A stretch of DNA of 64,000 nt from Candidatus Babelota bacterium (GCA_013287855.1 JABDCY010000001.1:2277-66276), one strand, 5' to 3'; shown: positions 1 to 10,584, counted from the stretch's first letter. The notes: a model not told the origin generated them from the letters alone. A program made the numbers and translations.

Positions 1-127
1 CGGGGCGGTTCACAACCTGGCTTGCGGGAAGTTTTTCTAGGAATGCCAGCATGAAGGTGCATTGATTAAGTTCAAGGGCGGTGATTTGTGCAGATTCTGG
101 GTCGGTTATACGAAGGAATTTTTGCAT
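1..127 (-). CDS. hypothetical protein, N-terminal part only (runs off left edge)
   Basis: ATG at 127 (complement) opens a stop-free frame to base 1: MQKFLRITDPESAQITALELNQCTFMLAFLEKLPASQVVNRP. It is absent from the ORF track because there is no stop in the window. SD is weak and no motif was recognised. Confidence 0.3.
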   Translation of the reverse strand, partial: MQKFLRITDPESAQITALELNQCTFMLAFLEKLPASQVVNRP

Positions 128-192
128 AAGATTTTATCCAATAAATACTATTATTTTTTATTATTAGAGCTTATCCGAAAATTCCCGATATG

Positions 193-909
193 TTAAAGCA
201 TAATCTCCATGCCATCATGAGCAACAGAGACATCAACACCCCGCTCTTTGCCAAGTCTTCTGATGAGTGCTCCTAATTTTCTGCCATCACCGCCTACAAT
301 TTGCGTCCCGCAATGGGAAAATATAGCTCGCGGCACCTCCTCTTGTTGGCACCAGCCAAGTTGCGCCCGAATAGTGGTGTGTCCAAAAAGTTTATCGCCC
401 TTGCGTCGTACCATAGGCCGCGTAATCGTAGCCCCATCGCCAATGTAGAGTTTCGCACCGTGCAGCGCCTTATGGCGATCGACAATATCAATCAGATCTG
501 GCACATAAAAAAATGATTTTCTTGCAGCAGTGATACGATAGCCAACAGCTGGCGCACGAATCGAATGAACAACCGGAAACGCTTGCAGCGTAATGCCACC
601 AAGAGAAATCTTGTGCTTGGGTTTTACCAACCGGTGTTCAACCGGATAATTTTTTAATATCTCCCAAGATTCTCGGGTTGCATACACGGGACATGGAGCA
701 CCTTTTTTGAGGCCCCAGGCATGATCAGGATGTGCGTGGGTAATAAAAATAGCATCAGCATTTATGTCATGCACTTTGCGTTCCCAGTCAATACCACAAT
801 CGATCATTATCCTAGTTTTTTTATGAGTGACCAATAAGGAGGCGTGACGATAGTGACGCCTTGTACGCACATCAATGTAGCCACGAGTACCAAGAAAGGT
901 GAGCTTCAA
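193..909 (-). CDS. MBL-fold metallo-hydrolase
   Basis: HxHxDH zinc motif (ITHAHPDHAWG). The core begins KLTFLGTRG. The ORF is open to 1002 (GTG), but that 5' stretch overlaps a terminator hairpin at 984-1016. The likely start is TTG at 909, preceded by AAGGAG. Confidence 0.8.
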   Translation of the reverse strand: MKLTFLGTRGYIDVRTRRHYRHASLLVTHKKTRIMIDCGIDWERKVHDINADAIFITHAHPDHAWGLKKGAPCPVYATRESWEILKNYPVEHRLVKPKHKISLGGITLQAFPVVHSIRAPAVGYRITAARKSFFYVPDLIDIVDRHKALHGAKLYIGDGATITRPMVRRKGDKLFGHTTIRAQLGWCQQEEVPRAIFSHCGTQIVGGDGRKLGALIRRLGKERGVDVSVAHDGMEIML

Positions 910-983
910 ATTTCTCCTTGAAAAAAAATGAGGAACAGCGTAAGCATATCTCAATGTATTTTCATAATTCAATACATATGGAT

Positions 984-1016
984 AATAAAAAAGGGCTCCC
1001 ACTTTGGGGAACCCTT
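984..1016 (-). terminator. rho-independent terminator of the 1033-1599 gene
   Basis: On the minus strand: aagggttcccc-aaagt-gggagccctt followed by ttttttatt, 17 nt after the stop at 1033. Confidence 0.6.
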
Positions 1017-1032
1017 GTAAAATTCTAAAGTG

Positions 1033-1599
1033 TTATTTAATGATTTTAACGGTAGGTTCACCATCAACCGCCACAACTTCAAACTCAGTTGCTGTAGTCG
1101 GCAGATCAAATTCACACACTTTGCCTTTAGCTTTCTTTTCTAGCCAACGACTCTTCATGCTTGAGTCAAGGATGGTTGTTAACCCGCGATATAACTCTTT
1201 TTTTCGTGTTATTTCAACGGTACCTTGAACATTGTTGGTTTTGATTTTTGATTCAGTTTCTTGCGTAGTTTTTAATGAAATAAATTGCAACGTAAGCTTG
1301 GAATTAGGATCAACTTTCTTGCCCTTATTCGCTTTATATTTCAGGTCTGCATCTTGAAACTCTTTTGTGGGAGCAGCAGTTTTGGCATTGCTCGCATTCA
1401 ACTCATAGGTTTTACCCGTTTCATCCAAGGTAAATTTGAGCTCAGCCCTGTTTGGTGTTTCATCTACGATGAATTTTAATTTTAATTCAAGGTCAGTACG
1501 ATCAGTTTTATTCGTAACTCTATAAATCTCATTCTCGCACTGCACTGCTGCTGAACTAGCAACCAGCATGCTTGCTATAACTACTAATTTCTTATTCAT
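1033..1599 (-). CDS. secreted hypothetical protein
   Basis: Leader MNKKLVVIASMLVASSAAVQC, AAGGA SD, K/T/E-rich beta-type sequence, no known motif. Confidence 0.6.
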   Translation of the reverse strand: MNKKLVVIASMLVASSAAVQCENEIYRVTNKTDRTDLELKLKFIVDETPNRAELKFTLDETGKTYELNASNAKTAAPTKEFQDADLKYKANKGKKVDPNSKLTLQFISLKTTQETESKIKTNNVQGTVEITRKKELYRGLTTILDSSMKSRWLEKKAKGKVCEFDLPTTATEFEVVAVDGEPTVKIIK

Positions 1600-1652
1600 A
1601 ATTATCCTTTGTTATGGTGCAGGGCCCAGTTTAATGGGCCCATTTTTTTTCG

Positions 1653-2192
1653 TTACTTAACTACTGGAGAAGCTTCAAGGTTGCCGGTTGCAGAATTGTT
1701 GCTGATTACAAAGCGGGTTGCTTTTGAATCTAATTGGTATTGGAAATACGGCTTTCTGTTTTTAAACTTGCGGCTTGGTTCAAGGTTGTCGGTGAAACCT
1801 TTGTAGACTTCGGTAAGAGCTACTTTATCTTGGCCCTTTTTGTTCTTTTTTTGCACTGGTTGCTTAGGATCACGAGCAGCTATCCAGACTACTGATGCTT
1901 TCTTGATGCCAGTAAAATTAACGGGCTTACCTTTTTCATACGTTCCCTTATTTGGGCCGCATGCTGATGTTTGGGTTGCATCAGCGATCAAATCGACCGT
2001 AGCTTGCCCGCGTGCAGGAATTCTTACGACAATATTACCACGCATGGTTTCATCATCGTTATACATAACTTTAACTTTGAACTCATATTCCTGGGTGCTG
2101 TTATTCTTGATGGTGGTTTTGTAAGCCGAACAGTGTAGCGCAGATGCTGCCATCAGTGACAAGCTTGCTGCAAAAAGCAGGTGCTTATTCAT
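1653..2192 (-). CDS. secreted hypothetical protein
   Basis: Leader MNKHLLFAASLSLMAASALHC, GAGG SD. The layout resembles the neighbouring 1033-1599 product, so it may be a distant paralog. Confidence 0.6.
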   Translation of the reverse strand: MNKHLLFAASLSLMAASALHCSAYKTTIKNNSTQEYEFKVKVMYNDDETMRGNIVVRIPARGQATVDLIADATQTSACGPNKGTYEKGKPVNFTGIKKASVVWIAARDPKQPVQKKNKKGQDKVALTEVYKGFTDNLEPSRKFKNRKPYFQYQLDSKATRFVISNNSATGNLEASPVVK

Positions 2193-2440
2193 ACAATAAA
2201 CCTCATTTTTAAAAGATTAGAATAAAAAAATAGAATCAATTATTAGTATAGAAGAATCTAACATTTTGTAAAATGATCATCTTTTTAATTAATTATTAAT
2301 ACAATATGAATGCAATTTTTAAAAAAGAAGCAACATTGCGCCTTTTTCCACTTTAACCACTTGCATCAAATATTATTTAATCTAAACTTATAATTAATTG
2401 ATAGTTTCAAACTGAATAAATCTTAGAGAAGAGGAATTTT

Positions 2441-2899
2441 ATGTATAAAACCCTATTTTTGACCGTTGCACTTATCACAGCCTTACCTGCTGTGTGTGTA
2501 AAAACACCTGGAGTCTATGGAGACTTTACACTAGATCAACTAGCTAATAACGCTACTAGCCCAAGTACTCCAATTACTCCAATTACTCCAACTACTCCAA
2601 TTACTCAACCAGTGACTCCTGAAGCTAGACAACTTCGACGTGAAGCCAGACAACAGCAATTAAGAGAGTCAAGTGATCCGTATAGAAGAAAAATGAAGAT
2701 CACAAATTTTCTTGGTACTTCAACCTCAGAAAATGATCCTGCAAACGAGATGCGCAAAGCACTTATGATTATAGATGCTACAGATAAACTTGGTATAAAT
2801 TCGCCAGATTTTGCACTACTATCCACCACCGAACAAAGGGCAAGAAAACATATGTTGATGGCACTGACAATAAATATTGCAGATCAACTAAATAATTAA
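2441..2899 (+). CDS. secreted hypothetical protein with TPI(T/P) tandem repeat
   Basis: GAGGAA SD and leader MYKTLFLTVALITALPAV. A 9-bp tandem repeat (actccaatt-like, about 5 copies, 2566-2612) encodes STPITPITPTTPITQPVTP. Confidence 0.6.
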   Translation: MYKTLFLTVALITALPAVCVKTPGVYGDFTLDQLANNATSPSTPITPITPTTPITQPVTPEARQLRREARQQQLRESSDPYRRKMKITNFLGTSTSENDPANEMRKALMIIDATDKLGINSPDFALLSTTEQRARKHMLMALTINIADQLNN

Positions 2900-2908
2900 G
2901 GAGATTTT

Positions 2909-3376
2909 ATGAAGAAATTAATCATATTAACAACGGGACTGCTGATAACATTACCTGCTAAATCTATGGAAAAGCAGAGAGAAAAAATGTCGCTAAACTT
3001 TATCAATAATACTGCTCAAGTAGAAACTGATATTGGAATGCGCACTATGCAACTTGATATCCCAATTGATAAAGCAGAAGCTCAAGCGGGAATGTTTGAT
3101 GCTATTGTGTCGATTGAGTATCGTAAGCTCGAAGCTAATAATATCGGGCAATCACCAGAACAACAAAAGATTAATCGCTACCTGTTTGACAAAACAGTAA
3201 TGCAACTGTCTCATGATCTGCCAGGCAAATGGGCCACTGGTTCTGATCGAAATGCGAAAGCTATATATGACGATAGCATTAGTAGTTATGACACAGATTT
3301 TATTTTTGGACTGAAAATTTATCCCTATAGAATTGTAATACCCGTAACCTTAACCAAAGCTAAGAAGACTAAATAA
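2909..3376 (+). CDS. secreted hypothetical protein
   Basis: AAGGAG SD and leader MKKLIILTTGLLITLPAKS. Starts 9 nt after the preceding gene, so likely the same operon. Confidence 0.6.
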   Translation: MKKLIILTTGLLITLPAKSMEKQREKMSLNFINNTAQVETDIGMRTMQLDIPIDKAEAQAGMFDAIVSIEYRKLEANNIGQSPEQQKINRYLFDKTVMQLSHDLPGKWATGSDRNAKAIYDDSISSYDTDFIFGLKIYPYRIVIPVTLTKAKKTK

Positions 3377-3423
3377 CCAATCGAAAACTGAAAAAATTTC
3401 CAGCCTTCGTTCTTTTTTATCTC

Positions 3424-5871
3424 TTATTTCACCACAAAATTGATGAGTCGATCTGGCACAAAAATAACTTTTACCACGGTTACGCCTTCAAGCCATTTGG
3501 CCACCAGCTCTTCAGCTTGAGCGCGTACCATTTCTTGAGAGGCACCGCGCGCAATGGAAATATTTGCACGCATTTTGCCATTAATTTGTACTACGATCGT
3601 AGCAAATTCATCGACCGCTAAAGCTAAATCATAGTTGGGCCATGCACAATCGCGAAGCTGTTTTTGGAATAACACTTCAAGCAGTTCGCTCGCTGCATGT
3701 GGTGCAAGCACCGAAAGTGCTACTAACAGTGACTCCATGGTCGATCGCCCAATGCTCAAATTTTCAGCTTGCATCGTATTTAAAAATTCCATGAATGCCG
3801 ACAATGCCGTATTAGGTTTATACATCGCCAAGCGCTCTTGATACGCCTTGATGAAATGATTAAACCGTTTTTTTGCTTCCACCGATTCTTGATTATCTGG
3901 CACGAGAGTTTTAGGATCGGTTATCCAGCTCCATAAACGATGCATAAAGCGTTTGACACCTTCGATACCCGCATCTTGCCACTCACAATCAAGTTCTGGC
4001 GGTCCCATAAACATCATGTACATGCGCAAGACATCAGAGCCATATTTGGCAACCATCTCGTCAGGGTTCACCACATTGCCCTTGGATTTGGACATTTTTT
4101 CAACCAGGCCCGATTTTTCTGAATATTTGTTCACCATGCCTTGGTTAAAAAGATGCGTGAACGGCTCGTCAAATGGCAAATGACCAAGATCGTTGAGCAC
4201 TTTGACATAAAAACGGGCATACAGCAGGTGCAGAATCGCATGTTCTACACCACCGATATACAAATCAACCGGCAACCAGTAGTTCATATCTTTTTTATCA
4301 AATGCTTCATACGCAAGATGAGGATTTGGGTAGCGCAAGAAATACCAGCAAGATCCTGCCCATTGAGGCATCGTATTTGTTTCTCGCTTAGCTTCACTGC
4401 CACACACCGGACAGGTGGTATTTACCCAAGAAGCTATTGCAGCTAGTGGTGATTCACCAGTCCCGGTTGGTTGATAATGTTCTACGAGTGGTAGCTCAAC
4501 GGGAAGATCTGCTTCTGGCACCGGCACTACACCGCACTTAACACAATGCAAAAGCGGAATTGGTTCACCCCAATACCGCTGCCGCGAGAATACCCAGTCA
4601 CGTAATTTATAATTAACTTTGCGATCAGCCAATTTGCGCTTAACCAGATAGTCAATGATTGCTTCTCGTACATCGCCAGCTCGCTTGCCATTAAATTCTG
4701 CAGGATCGGTGAGAATTCCATTAACCATGTCGGTATAGCAGACTTGCAGATTTCTTACTTTTTGGGCTAGTTCTGGATTATCTGGCGGGAATAGCACCGC
4801 CTTCAAGCGAATGCCATATTTTTTGGCAAAGGCAAAATCACGTTCATCATGCGCGGAGCACTTCACCATCCCAGTACCATATTGGGCCAGCGCAAAACTC
4901 GCAACCCAAATGGGCAAATCGCCATTGCCAATAGGATCGACAATATAGCGGCCGGTGAAAATTCCTTCAGATTCTTTTTCTTCTTCCAGACCCAATTTTG
5001 CACGTTTATCGAGAATTTTTTTGCAGAAATCCAAAATTTCTTGTTTATTTGGCACACCTTCAAGCAAGGTAGGCAAAAATGGATGATCAGGTGCAATGAC
5101 TACAAAGGTATCAGCAGCAAAAGATTCAAAATGGGCAGAAAAAGTATGAATAGTCAGCTGCGTATCTTTGACGGGTGCAGAAAATATAAGTCCTTCACTT
5201 TTGCCAATCCAGTTGCGCTGCATAAGCTTAACTTTTTCTGGCCACTCAAGACGATCGAGACCCTCTAACAATTTTTCAGCGTAGTTAGTGATGCGCAAAA
5301 TCCATTGGCGTACCATTTTTTGAACGACAAGAGTACCACAGCGCTCGCATCTGCCATTGACCACTTCTTCATTGGCAAGGCCTGTCAAATCTTTTGGGCA
5401 CCAGTTAATGGGCGTTTCTGCTTCATAGGCAAGACCCGCTTTGTACATTTGCAAAAAGATCCATTGGGTCCATTTGTAATAATGCGGGTCGGTGGTATTA
5501 AGTTCTTTGTCCCAGTCATAAATGGCGCCAATTTGCTTGAGCTGACGCTTAAAATTTTCAATATTGGCAGCAGTACTTACTACAGGTTGGATTCCTTTTT
5601 TGATGGCATCATTTTCGGCAGGTAGACCAAAGGCATCCCAGCCCATAGGATGCAAAATGTTGTACCCTTCCAGCCACTTGATACGAGCATAAATATCAGA
5701 GAGCACATAGCCACGCCAATGGCCTACGTGTAAACCAGAACCTGATGGATAGGGGAACATATCAAGACAATAATATTTTTTACCCGAACCGGTTGGCAAC
5801 GTCTTGCCATCGGGGTCAACCGCCCATCGCTCTTGCCATTTTTTTTCTATTTCTTGGATATCGTACTGCAT
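3424..5871 (-). CDS. leuS: leucine--tRNA ligase
   Basis: 815 aa. Class I HIGH motif ([16 protein letters not shown]), KMSKS motif ([10 protein letters not shown]), CP1 editing-domain length, and a zinc-knuckle-like CERCG. Confidence 0.95.
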   Translation of the reverse strand: MQYDIQEIEKKWQERWAVDPDGKTLPTGSGKKYYCLDMFPYPSGSGLHVGHWRGYVLSDIYARIKWLEGYNILHPMGWDAFGLPAENDAIKKGIQPVVSTAANIENFKRQLKQIGAIYDWDKELNTTDPHYYKWTQWIFLQMYKAGLAYEAETPINWCPKDLTGLANEEVVNGRCERCGTLVVQKMVRQWILRITNYAEKLLEGLDRLEWPEKVKLMQRNWIGKSEGLIFSAPVKDTQLTIHTFSAHFESFAADTFVVIAPDHPFLPTLLEGVPNKQEILDFCKKILDKRAKLGLEEEKESEGIFTGRYIVDPIGNGDLPIWVASFALAQYGTGMVKCSAHDERDFAFAKKYGIRLKAVLFPPDNPELAQKVRNLQVCYTDMVNGILTDPAEFNGKRAGDVREAIIDYLVKRKLADRKVNYKLRDWVFSRQRYWGEPIPLLHCVKCGVVPVPEADLPVELPLVEHYQPTGTGESPLAAIASWVNTTCPVCGSEAKRETNTMPQWAGSCWYFLRYPNPHLAYEAFDKKDMNYWLPVDLYIGGVEHAILHLLYARFYVKVLNDLGHLPFDEPFTHLFNQGMVNKYSEKSGLVEKMSKSKGNVVNPDEMVAKYGSDVLRMYMMFMGPPELDCEWQDAGIEGVKRFMHRLWSWITDPKTLVPDNQESVEAKKRFNHFIKAYQERLAMYKPNTALSAFMEFLNTMQAENLSIGRSTMESLLVALSVLAPHAASELLEVLFQKQLRDCAWPNYDLALAVDEFATIVVQINGKMRANISIARGASQEMVRAQAEELVAKWLEGVTVVKVIFVPDRLINFVVK

Positions 5872-5895
5872 GAAAAATCCTCAAATAAGACAAAT

Positions 5896-5923
5896 CCGTT
5901 CATGGTGAGCTTAGTCGAACCAC
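5896..5923 (-). repeat. 28-nt REP-like unit (family consensus ATGGTTCGACTAAGCTCACCACGAACGG), reverse orientation
   Basis: ccgttcatggtgagcttagtcgaaccac. Intergenic, between leuS and the Nudix-like gene. Confidence 0.8.
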
Positions 5924-6060
5924 ACTTTACTTAGAGTAAGCAAATATCATTTTTTTACAATATTTAAGTCTCTTCTATGTCGTCTAAAAACTTGTTAATA
6001 TACAAGACCAGTAAGTTTTGTATTAATTGAGATTATAGTGAAAAATTCTAGGACCATTTC

Positions 6061-6687
6061 ATGAATAAACAACTCAACACACAAGCAGCACCAAAATTAC
6101 ATGATGAGCGCATTCTTGTCGTACCTCGTTCGCAGCTGTTTGCCCAAGGAAGTTGGCATGGCATACAACAAGTTGATTTTACCGAATATCTAGCCATCAT
6201 TAGCGACCATAAACAATTTTTATGGCGCTCAGCCATGGAAGAAGACCCAAGCTACAAGCAAATTATCCCTTATCTTATTTATCAGTACCAAGACCGATAT
6301 TTTGTCATGCAACGCCGCCATGATTCTTCTTCAAAATCATTGCAAAATAAATTTTCACTGGGTATTGGTGGTCACATTCGACAAGAAGATATGGCGTCTG
6401 ATTCATTATTTGATTGGGCAACACGCGAATTTCATGAAGAAGTGAGCTACACGGGTTCATTGAGCATCAAACCACTTGGCATCATTAATGATGACACTAA
6501 TGACGTGGGCAAAGTGCATCTGGGTTTTGCAATGTTATTAACGGGTGATTCTGCCGAAATTGCCATAAAGGCTGAGCATAAAAGCGGTACACTCATGACT
6601 TTAGATGAATGTGCTGCGTTATATGATCGCATGGAGACGTGGAGTCAGATGGTGTTTAGCTTGCTAAGTTCTGCGAATGCTCAATGA
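6061..6687 (+). CDS. NUDIX-like hydrolase (non-canonical Nudix box)
   Basis: GIGGHIRQED...REFHEEV resembles G-x5-E...REUxEE but with a longer spacer. The N-terminal ERILVVPRSQLF region is typical of MutT-related predicted phosphoesterases. Confidence 0.5.
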   Translation: MNKQLNTQAAPKLHDERILVVPRSQLFAQGSWHGIQQVDFTEYLAIISDHKQFLWRSAMEEDPSYKQIIPYLIYQYQDRYFVMQRRHDSSSKSLQNKFSLGIGGHIRQEDMASDSLFDWATREFHEEVSYTGSLSIKPLGIINDDTNDVGKVHLGFAMLLTGDSAEIAIKAEHKSGTLMTLDECAALYDRMETWSQMVFSLLSSANAQ

Positions 6688-6761
6688 ACACTGAAAACAT
6701 TTTTTCTTCTATTCTTTTTTTCGTTAAGGGTTCGTCTATTTAACAACTAACATTAATTTAT

Positions 6762-6789
6762 CCGTTCGTGGTGATAATAGTCGAACCAT
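6762..6789 (-). repeat. 28-nt REP-like unit, reverse orientation
   Basis: ccgttcgtggtgataatagtcgaaccat, 75 nt downstream of the Nudix-like stop. Confidence 0.8.
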
Positions 6790-6826
6790 AATTCCCAGTA
6801 ATTTTTTTCACTAACTTTTTCTTGTC

Positions 6827-7284
6827 GTTAAGGGCCTTGTCGCCCTTAACAATCGACACCAAGGCTGCTGCCCTGGACCCGCTCATTTCGCTCGAACGGT
6901 GCCCACTCGCCTAACGGCTGCGGGTTACCCATGCTCTGCACCAACTTTCATCAACATCGTACCGGCGAGATTTAAATCAATGGAATTGGTACGCGACTCA
7001 CCGGCAAGTAGGTGCATGGTGTTCGCATGGCACCTGCGAGCGCAACCTGCCGTTACCGAATTTATAAATATAGCTGCCGACCTAGCTTGACGTGTGGGCA
7101 TGATAGCACCACCCGTCCTTCCCTCGCCTCGAACTTGAGGTGGGTGCGTAATCATGCGACCCCGAAGCGACTTGTCCTACGAAGCCTTAGCGCAGTAGGA
7201 AGTCGCGTGTGGCCACACTTCAAGCGTAGGGATTCCAAAGGAACTCCTTTGGCGTCCATTGCTAAGGGTGACGAGACCCTTAGC
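6827..7284 (-). repeat. GC-rich mosaic non-coding element, copy A (inverted relative to copy B at 15312-15882)
   Basis: Bounded by hairpins gttaagggc-cttgtc-gcccttaac (6827-6850) and gctaagggt-gacgag-acccttagc (7261-7284). Its reverse complement shares identical blocks of 39, 24, 29, 31 and 39 nt with copy B. ORFs inside are not frame-conserved between the copies. Confidence 0.85.
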
Positions 7285-7319
7285 AAAAAAAAGCAAGAAA
7301 TGGAGAAAATGTGCTCGTT

Positions 7320-7343
7320 GTTAGGGGTGGCAAAACCCCTAAC
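7320..7343. repeat. TAAGGG/CCCTTA-type hairpin module (variant TAGGGG)
   Basis: gttaggggt-ggcaaa-acccctaac followed by an A-run. Same architecture as the hairpins that bound the mosaic elements. Confidence 0.6.
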
Positions 7344-7446
7344 GAAAAAATCCCATATCTTTGAACAAAAAAACTATGGAATAAGAAAATAAGTCTTGTT
7401 AAAGTATTGGTGTAATATTTACTGATCTAAAAATTAGAGAGCTGAG

Positions 7447-8064
7447 ATGAATTTTACTTATTTTTACCCTTTTGTTATCATATTTCTCATGACAAATACT
7501 CTTATACAAGCCAATAACTCGCAACTCGTTGATATCAAATCCATTATTCCCGACATCGTCTTAGATATCCGCTACGCAACTACGAATAACTTCACTAAGC
7601 AAAAAGTATATTCACGACCTTGCTGTTACCTGCAAAAAACGACTGCTGAAAAACTATGCAAAGTACACAAAGAACTTGCAGAGCTTGGATTTGGCCTAAA
7701 AATTTTTGATGGTTATCGTCCACTTTCGGTGCAAAAAATTTTCTGGGATGTGGTTCCTGATTCTCGTTACGTGATGCCTCCCCATAAAGGGTCAAAGCAC
7801 AATCGAGGAAGCGCTGTTGATCTGACACTGGTCACGAAAGATGGCAAAGAAGTTCCTATGCCGACCGAATTTGATGATTTTAGTACTAAGGCACATCGAG
7901 ATTATAAAGATCTGCCAGCACACATTATTGCCAATCGTAATCTACTTGAACGCGTGATGCACAAACATGGGTTTAAAGGACTGCGCACCGAGTGGTGGCA
8001 TTTTGATGATGTTGATTGGCAAAAATACCCACTGCTTGATATTTCCTTTGAAAAATTAACCTAG
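7447..8064 (+). CDS. ddpX: D-alanyl-D-alanine dipeptidase (VanX/DdpX, peptidase M15D) with N-terminal leader
   Basis: Zinc-ligand motifs SKHNRGSAVD (H-x6-D) and EWWHF (ExxH). Leader MNFTYFYPFVIIFLMTNTLIQA. Confidence 0.85.
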   Translation: MNFTYFYPFVIIFLMTNTLIQANNSQLVDIKSIIPDIVLDIRYATTNNFTKQKVYSRPCCYLQKTTAEKLCKVHKELAELGFGLKIFDGYRPLSVQKIFWDVVPDSRYVMPPHKGSKHNRGSAVDLTLVTKDGKEVPMPTEFDDFSTKAHRDYKDLPAHIIANRNLLERVMHKHGFKGLRTEWWHFDDVDWQKYPLLDISFEKLT

Positions 8065-8084
8065 ATTATCTCATTCAAATGTAA

Positions 8085-8116
8085 AAATACCCTGCTAATT
8101 AGCAGGGTATTTTATT
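8085..8116. terminator. bidirectional rho-independent terminator
   Basis: aaataccctgct-aatt-agcagggtattt with flanking A/T runs, between convergent genes (ddpX on plus, 8190-8561 on minus). Confidence 0.7.
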
Positions 8117-8189
8117 AACAACCAGTGGCTTTTTACAGCATTATTTTTATAATCTGATACTTCATTCAAAAATCTCTCATTTTCTCTTT

Positions 8190-8561
8190 TTAACTTACGG
8201 TAATCACTGGCACTGCAATGCAGGTAAGCTTCATGCCACCACACGCTTCAAGCCCTTGATTATTTTCTTCAACCGTTTCTTCTCGTTCCCATACCATGTT
8301 CAATTGAGAATCCATTACAACATCTTCATTTTTGAGAACTTGAACAACAACTTCTGCACCATCTTCATTTTCGCGCGTTAGTTGTAGGGTTATCGTATAA
8401 CCTTCGGTCTTAATTGTTGTTAGGGCATCAGCTGATAGGGTTGTGTCATTTTCCACGACAACCATATCGTTATTAACTAATTTGGCACGGATCATAATAT
8501 CTGCATTCATTGCTGAGCAAATAAGTACCAATGGAAACACGGCAAACAACTTCCAATTCAT
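8190..8561 (-). CDS. secreted hypothetical protein
   Basis: ATG at 8561 preceded by GAGGAGA. Leader MNWKLFAVFPLVLICSAMNA. The track ORF extends to a GTG at 8576. Confidence 0.55.
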   Translation of the reverse strand: MNWKLFAVFPLVLICSAMNADIMIRAKLVNNDMVVVENDTTLSADALTTIKTEGYTITLQLTRENEDGAEVVVQVLKNEDVVMDSQLNMVWEREETVEENNQGLEACGGMKLTCIAVPVITVS

Positions 8562-8782
8562 AGAAAATCTCCTCACGCTTATAACTACTTGTTTAATATG
8601 CTGCTCATTTTTGTCCGACTTCGCTATTCATCTTCACCATAAGCTATTAGTAAGACTTAAAGCTACGTCGTGACTATCACGCCTTAGCTCGCCATTGCCT
8701 GAAAGGCTATGGTGTAGCGGCGGCGGATGAAGCTAGCTGGTGTTATGAGGACAGTATAGGGAAGAAGTTTTTGCCTAGCAAG

Positions 8783-8815
8783 GAAAAACCCTCTTGTAAT
8801 TAAACAAGAGGGTTA
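8783..8815 (-). terminator. rho-independent terminator of the DEAD-box helicase gene
   Basis: Minus strand: aaccctcttgt-ttaatt-acaagagggtt followed by tttttcc. Confidence 0.7.
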
Positions 8816-8822
8816 TAATTTT

Positions 8823-8866
8823 ATGGTTCGATACGATTTGCTTTGCAAATCACTCACCATGACCGG
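8823..8866 (+). repeat. 28-nt REP-like unit split by a nested 16-nt palindromic insert
   Basis: atggttcga[tacgatttgctttgcaaatca]ctcaccatgaccgg. The insert contains gatttgc/gcaaatc. Located 12 nt downstream of the helicase stop. Confidence 0.65.
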
Positions 8867-8877
8867 AGGGTTGTGGT

Positions 8878-10584
8878 TTAACGACTATAGCGTCTTCTAC
8901 CATACTCACGCTCACCACCACGTTCACGGTCAAAGTATCGGCCTCCACCACCACGCGGGGCAAAGGAACGAGAAGCACGAATGTCTTCGAATGGACCTAC
9001 AGCAATGCGTATTTTTTGGCCTAGCAAACGCTTGTGTTTAAGTTCTTCAGCTAATGCTGAAGCAATATGCGTTGGAACTACCACAAAACTACGTTTGTTA
9101 ATAACACGGATTCGTTCAATGAGTCTGGCATCGATCTTGTCTGAAGCACAGAACTGCATAATATCTTGTTGGGTCACGCCATCTTCTGAACCCATATGCA
9201 CAATAACTTCTTGCTTGTCTTCACGCACAACGCCGCCACGACCAGCATCAGCTGAAGAGCCAAAATTGATATCATGATCAGCATCATAACCTTGAAGGAA
9301 CTTATCATTGAGCATTTGAACACAAACTTGTGCAAGTTGATCATGCGACAACAGATTAATTGTTTCGCGCAAATCGGATGTCGCGTTATTTTTGGTCGCC
9401 GGCTTATCAAGTGCTGAGGTTAGGTAATTTTTTGCTTGTGTGGCTCGCGCCTCTAATACTTCAGTCATTTTTGGCACTTCGATCGGGTTAATGCTTGCAT
9501 TAAAGCGGCGTGCTACTTGTTGCATACGACGAACATCACTTCTACCGATGAAGGTAATTGCGATGCCCTCTTTACCTGCACGGCCGGTTCGACCGATACG
9601 GTGTACATAACTTTCTTGATCTTCAGGCAATGAAAAGTTAATGACGTGGGTAAGGCCAGAAACATCGATGCCGCGTGCAGCAACATCGGTTGCTACGAGG
9701 ATACCAAATTCTTTATTTTTAAATTTAGTGATTACGGCATTACGCATGTTCTGATCCATGTCACCATGCAGCGCATTCACACCGTAGCCACGCTTTGACA
9801 GCGTTTCAGAAACTTCACTTGCCAAGATTTTTGTCTGGCAGAAAATAAGACCATAGAAATCGTCAGCTTTATCAATAAAGCGGCATAACGCAGGAAGTCG
9901 TAAGCGAGATTGCACAACGCAGTAATATTGCTGGGTATTGGAAGTAGTTGTTTGTTGCTTGGTTGTTTTAACTACCACAGGATTTTGCATATGCTCTGCT
10001 TTAAGATCTTCAATGCCCTGTTTTACGGTAGCCGAGAACAGCCAAATATTGCGATTTTCAGGAGCAAATTCTAAAACTTCGTTAATTTCTTCTCTAAAGC
10101 CCATATCAAGCATGATATCAGCTTCATCAAGAACTAAGGTTCTAAGGTCTTTCAGCGATAGCGATTTGCGACGCAGGTGGTCATTAAGACGCCCTGGCGT
10201 GCCCACAATAACCTGAGCTCCTTGGCGCAAATCCCTGAGCTGACGCTCGATGGAAACGCCACCATAGATTGGAACTACTCTAATTTGGGTGAATTGGGCA
10301 GCTTTGGATAAACTTTCACAAATCTGTAGAACAAGTTCACGAGTTGGAGCAACAATAAGCGCTTGTGGCTTATAGAGCGTTTGATCGATTAACTGCAGTA
10401 ATGGCAGACCAAATGCCAAGGTTTTACCGGTGCCGGTTTGGGCTTGGCCATGGAAATCGATCGTTTGTTTTTCCAGAAGCATTGGAATTGCTTTTGCTTG
10501 TATTTCAGTAGGGGTTGTGAGACCTAATGTCTCAAGAGCACGTTGTAATTCGGTGGATAATAAAAAATCTTTAAATGATGACAT
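8878..10584 (-). CDS. deaD: DEAD-box ATP-dependent RNA helicase (DeaD/CsdA-like) with C-terminal RNA-binding extension and RGG-like tail
   Basis: Motifs AQTGTGKT, PTRELV, TPGR, DEAD, SAT, ARGID and HRIGRTGRAG. C-terminal tail APRGGGGRYFDRERGGEREYGRRRYSR. Confidence 0.92.
   Translation of the reverse strand: MSSFKDFLLSTELQRALETLGLTTPTEIQAKAIPMLLEKQTIDFHGQAQTGTGKTLAFGLPLLQLIDQTLYKPQALIVAPTRELVLQICESLSKAAQFTQIRVVPIYGGVSIERQLRDLRQGAQVIVGTPGRLNDHLRRKSLSLKDLRTLVLDEADIMLDMGFREEINEVLEFAPENRNIWLFSATVKQGIEDLKAEHMQNPVVVKTTKQQTTTSNTQQYYCVVQSRLRLPALCRFIDKADDFYGLIFCQTKILASEVSETLSKRGYGVNALHGDMDQNMRNAVITKFKNKEFGILVATDVAARGIDVSGLTHVINFSLPEDQESYVHRIGRTGRAGKEGIAITFIGRSDVRRMQQVARRFNASINPIEVPKMTEVLEARATQAKNYLTSALDKPATKNNATSDLRETINLLSHDQLAQVCVQMLNDKFLQGYDADHDINFGSSADAGRGGVVREDKQEVIVHMGSEDGVTQQDIMQFCASDKIDARLIERIRVINKRSFVVVPTHIASALAEELKHKRLLGQKIRIAVGPFEDIRASRSFAPRGGGGRYFDRERGGEREYGRRRYSR

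Noticed and set aside
1600-1652. Hairpin gggccca-gtttaa-tgggccc as a terminator between the two minus-strand secreted-protein genes
   Set aside because: The T-run follows the hairpin only on the plus strand, whereas both flanking genes are on the minus strand. Its function is unclear, so it is not listed as a terminator.
4849-5625. ORFs 4849-5268 and 5305-5625 antisense to leuS, plus several shorter ones
   Set aside because: They are embedded in leuS on the opposite strand, with no motifs.
6899-7392. Track ORFs 6899-7090, 6925-7155 and 7012-7392 inside mosaic element A
   Set aside because: They lie wholly in a repeat. The homologous copy B does not conserve any of these frames, because indels shift them after the shared AIMPTRQAR. 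No SD is present. These are treated as repeat-derived spurious ORFs.
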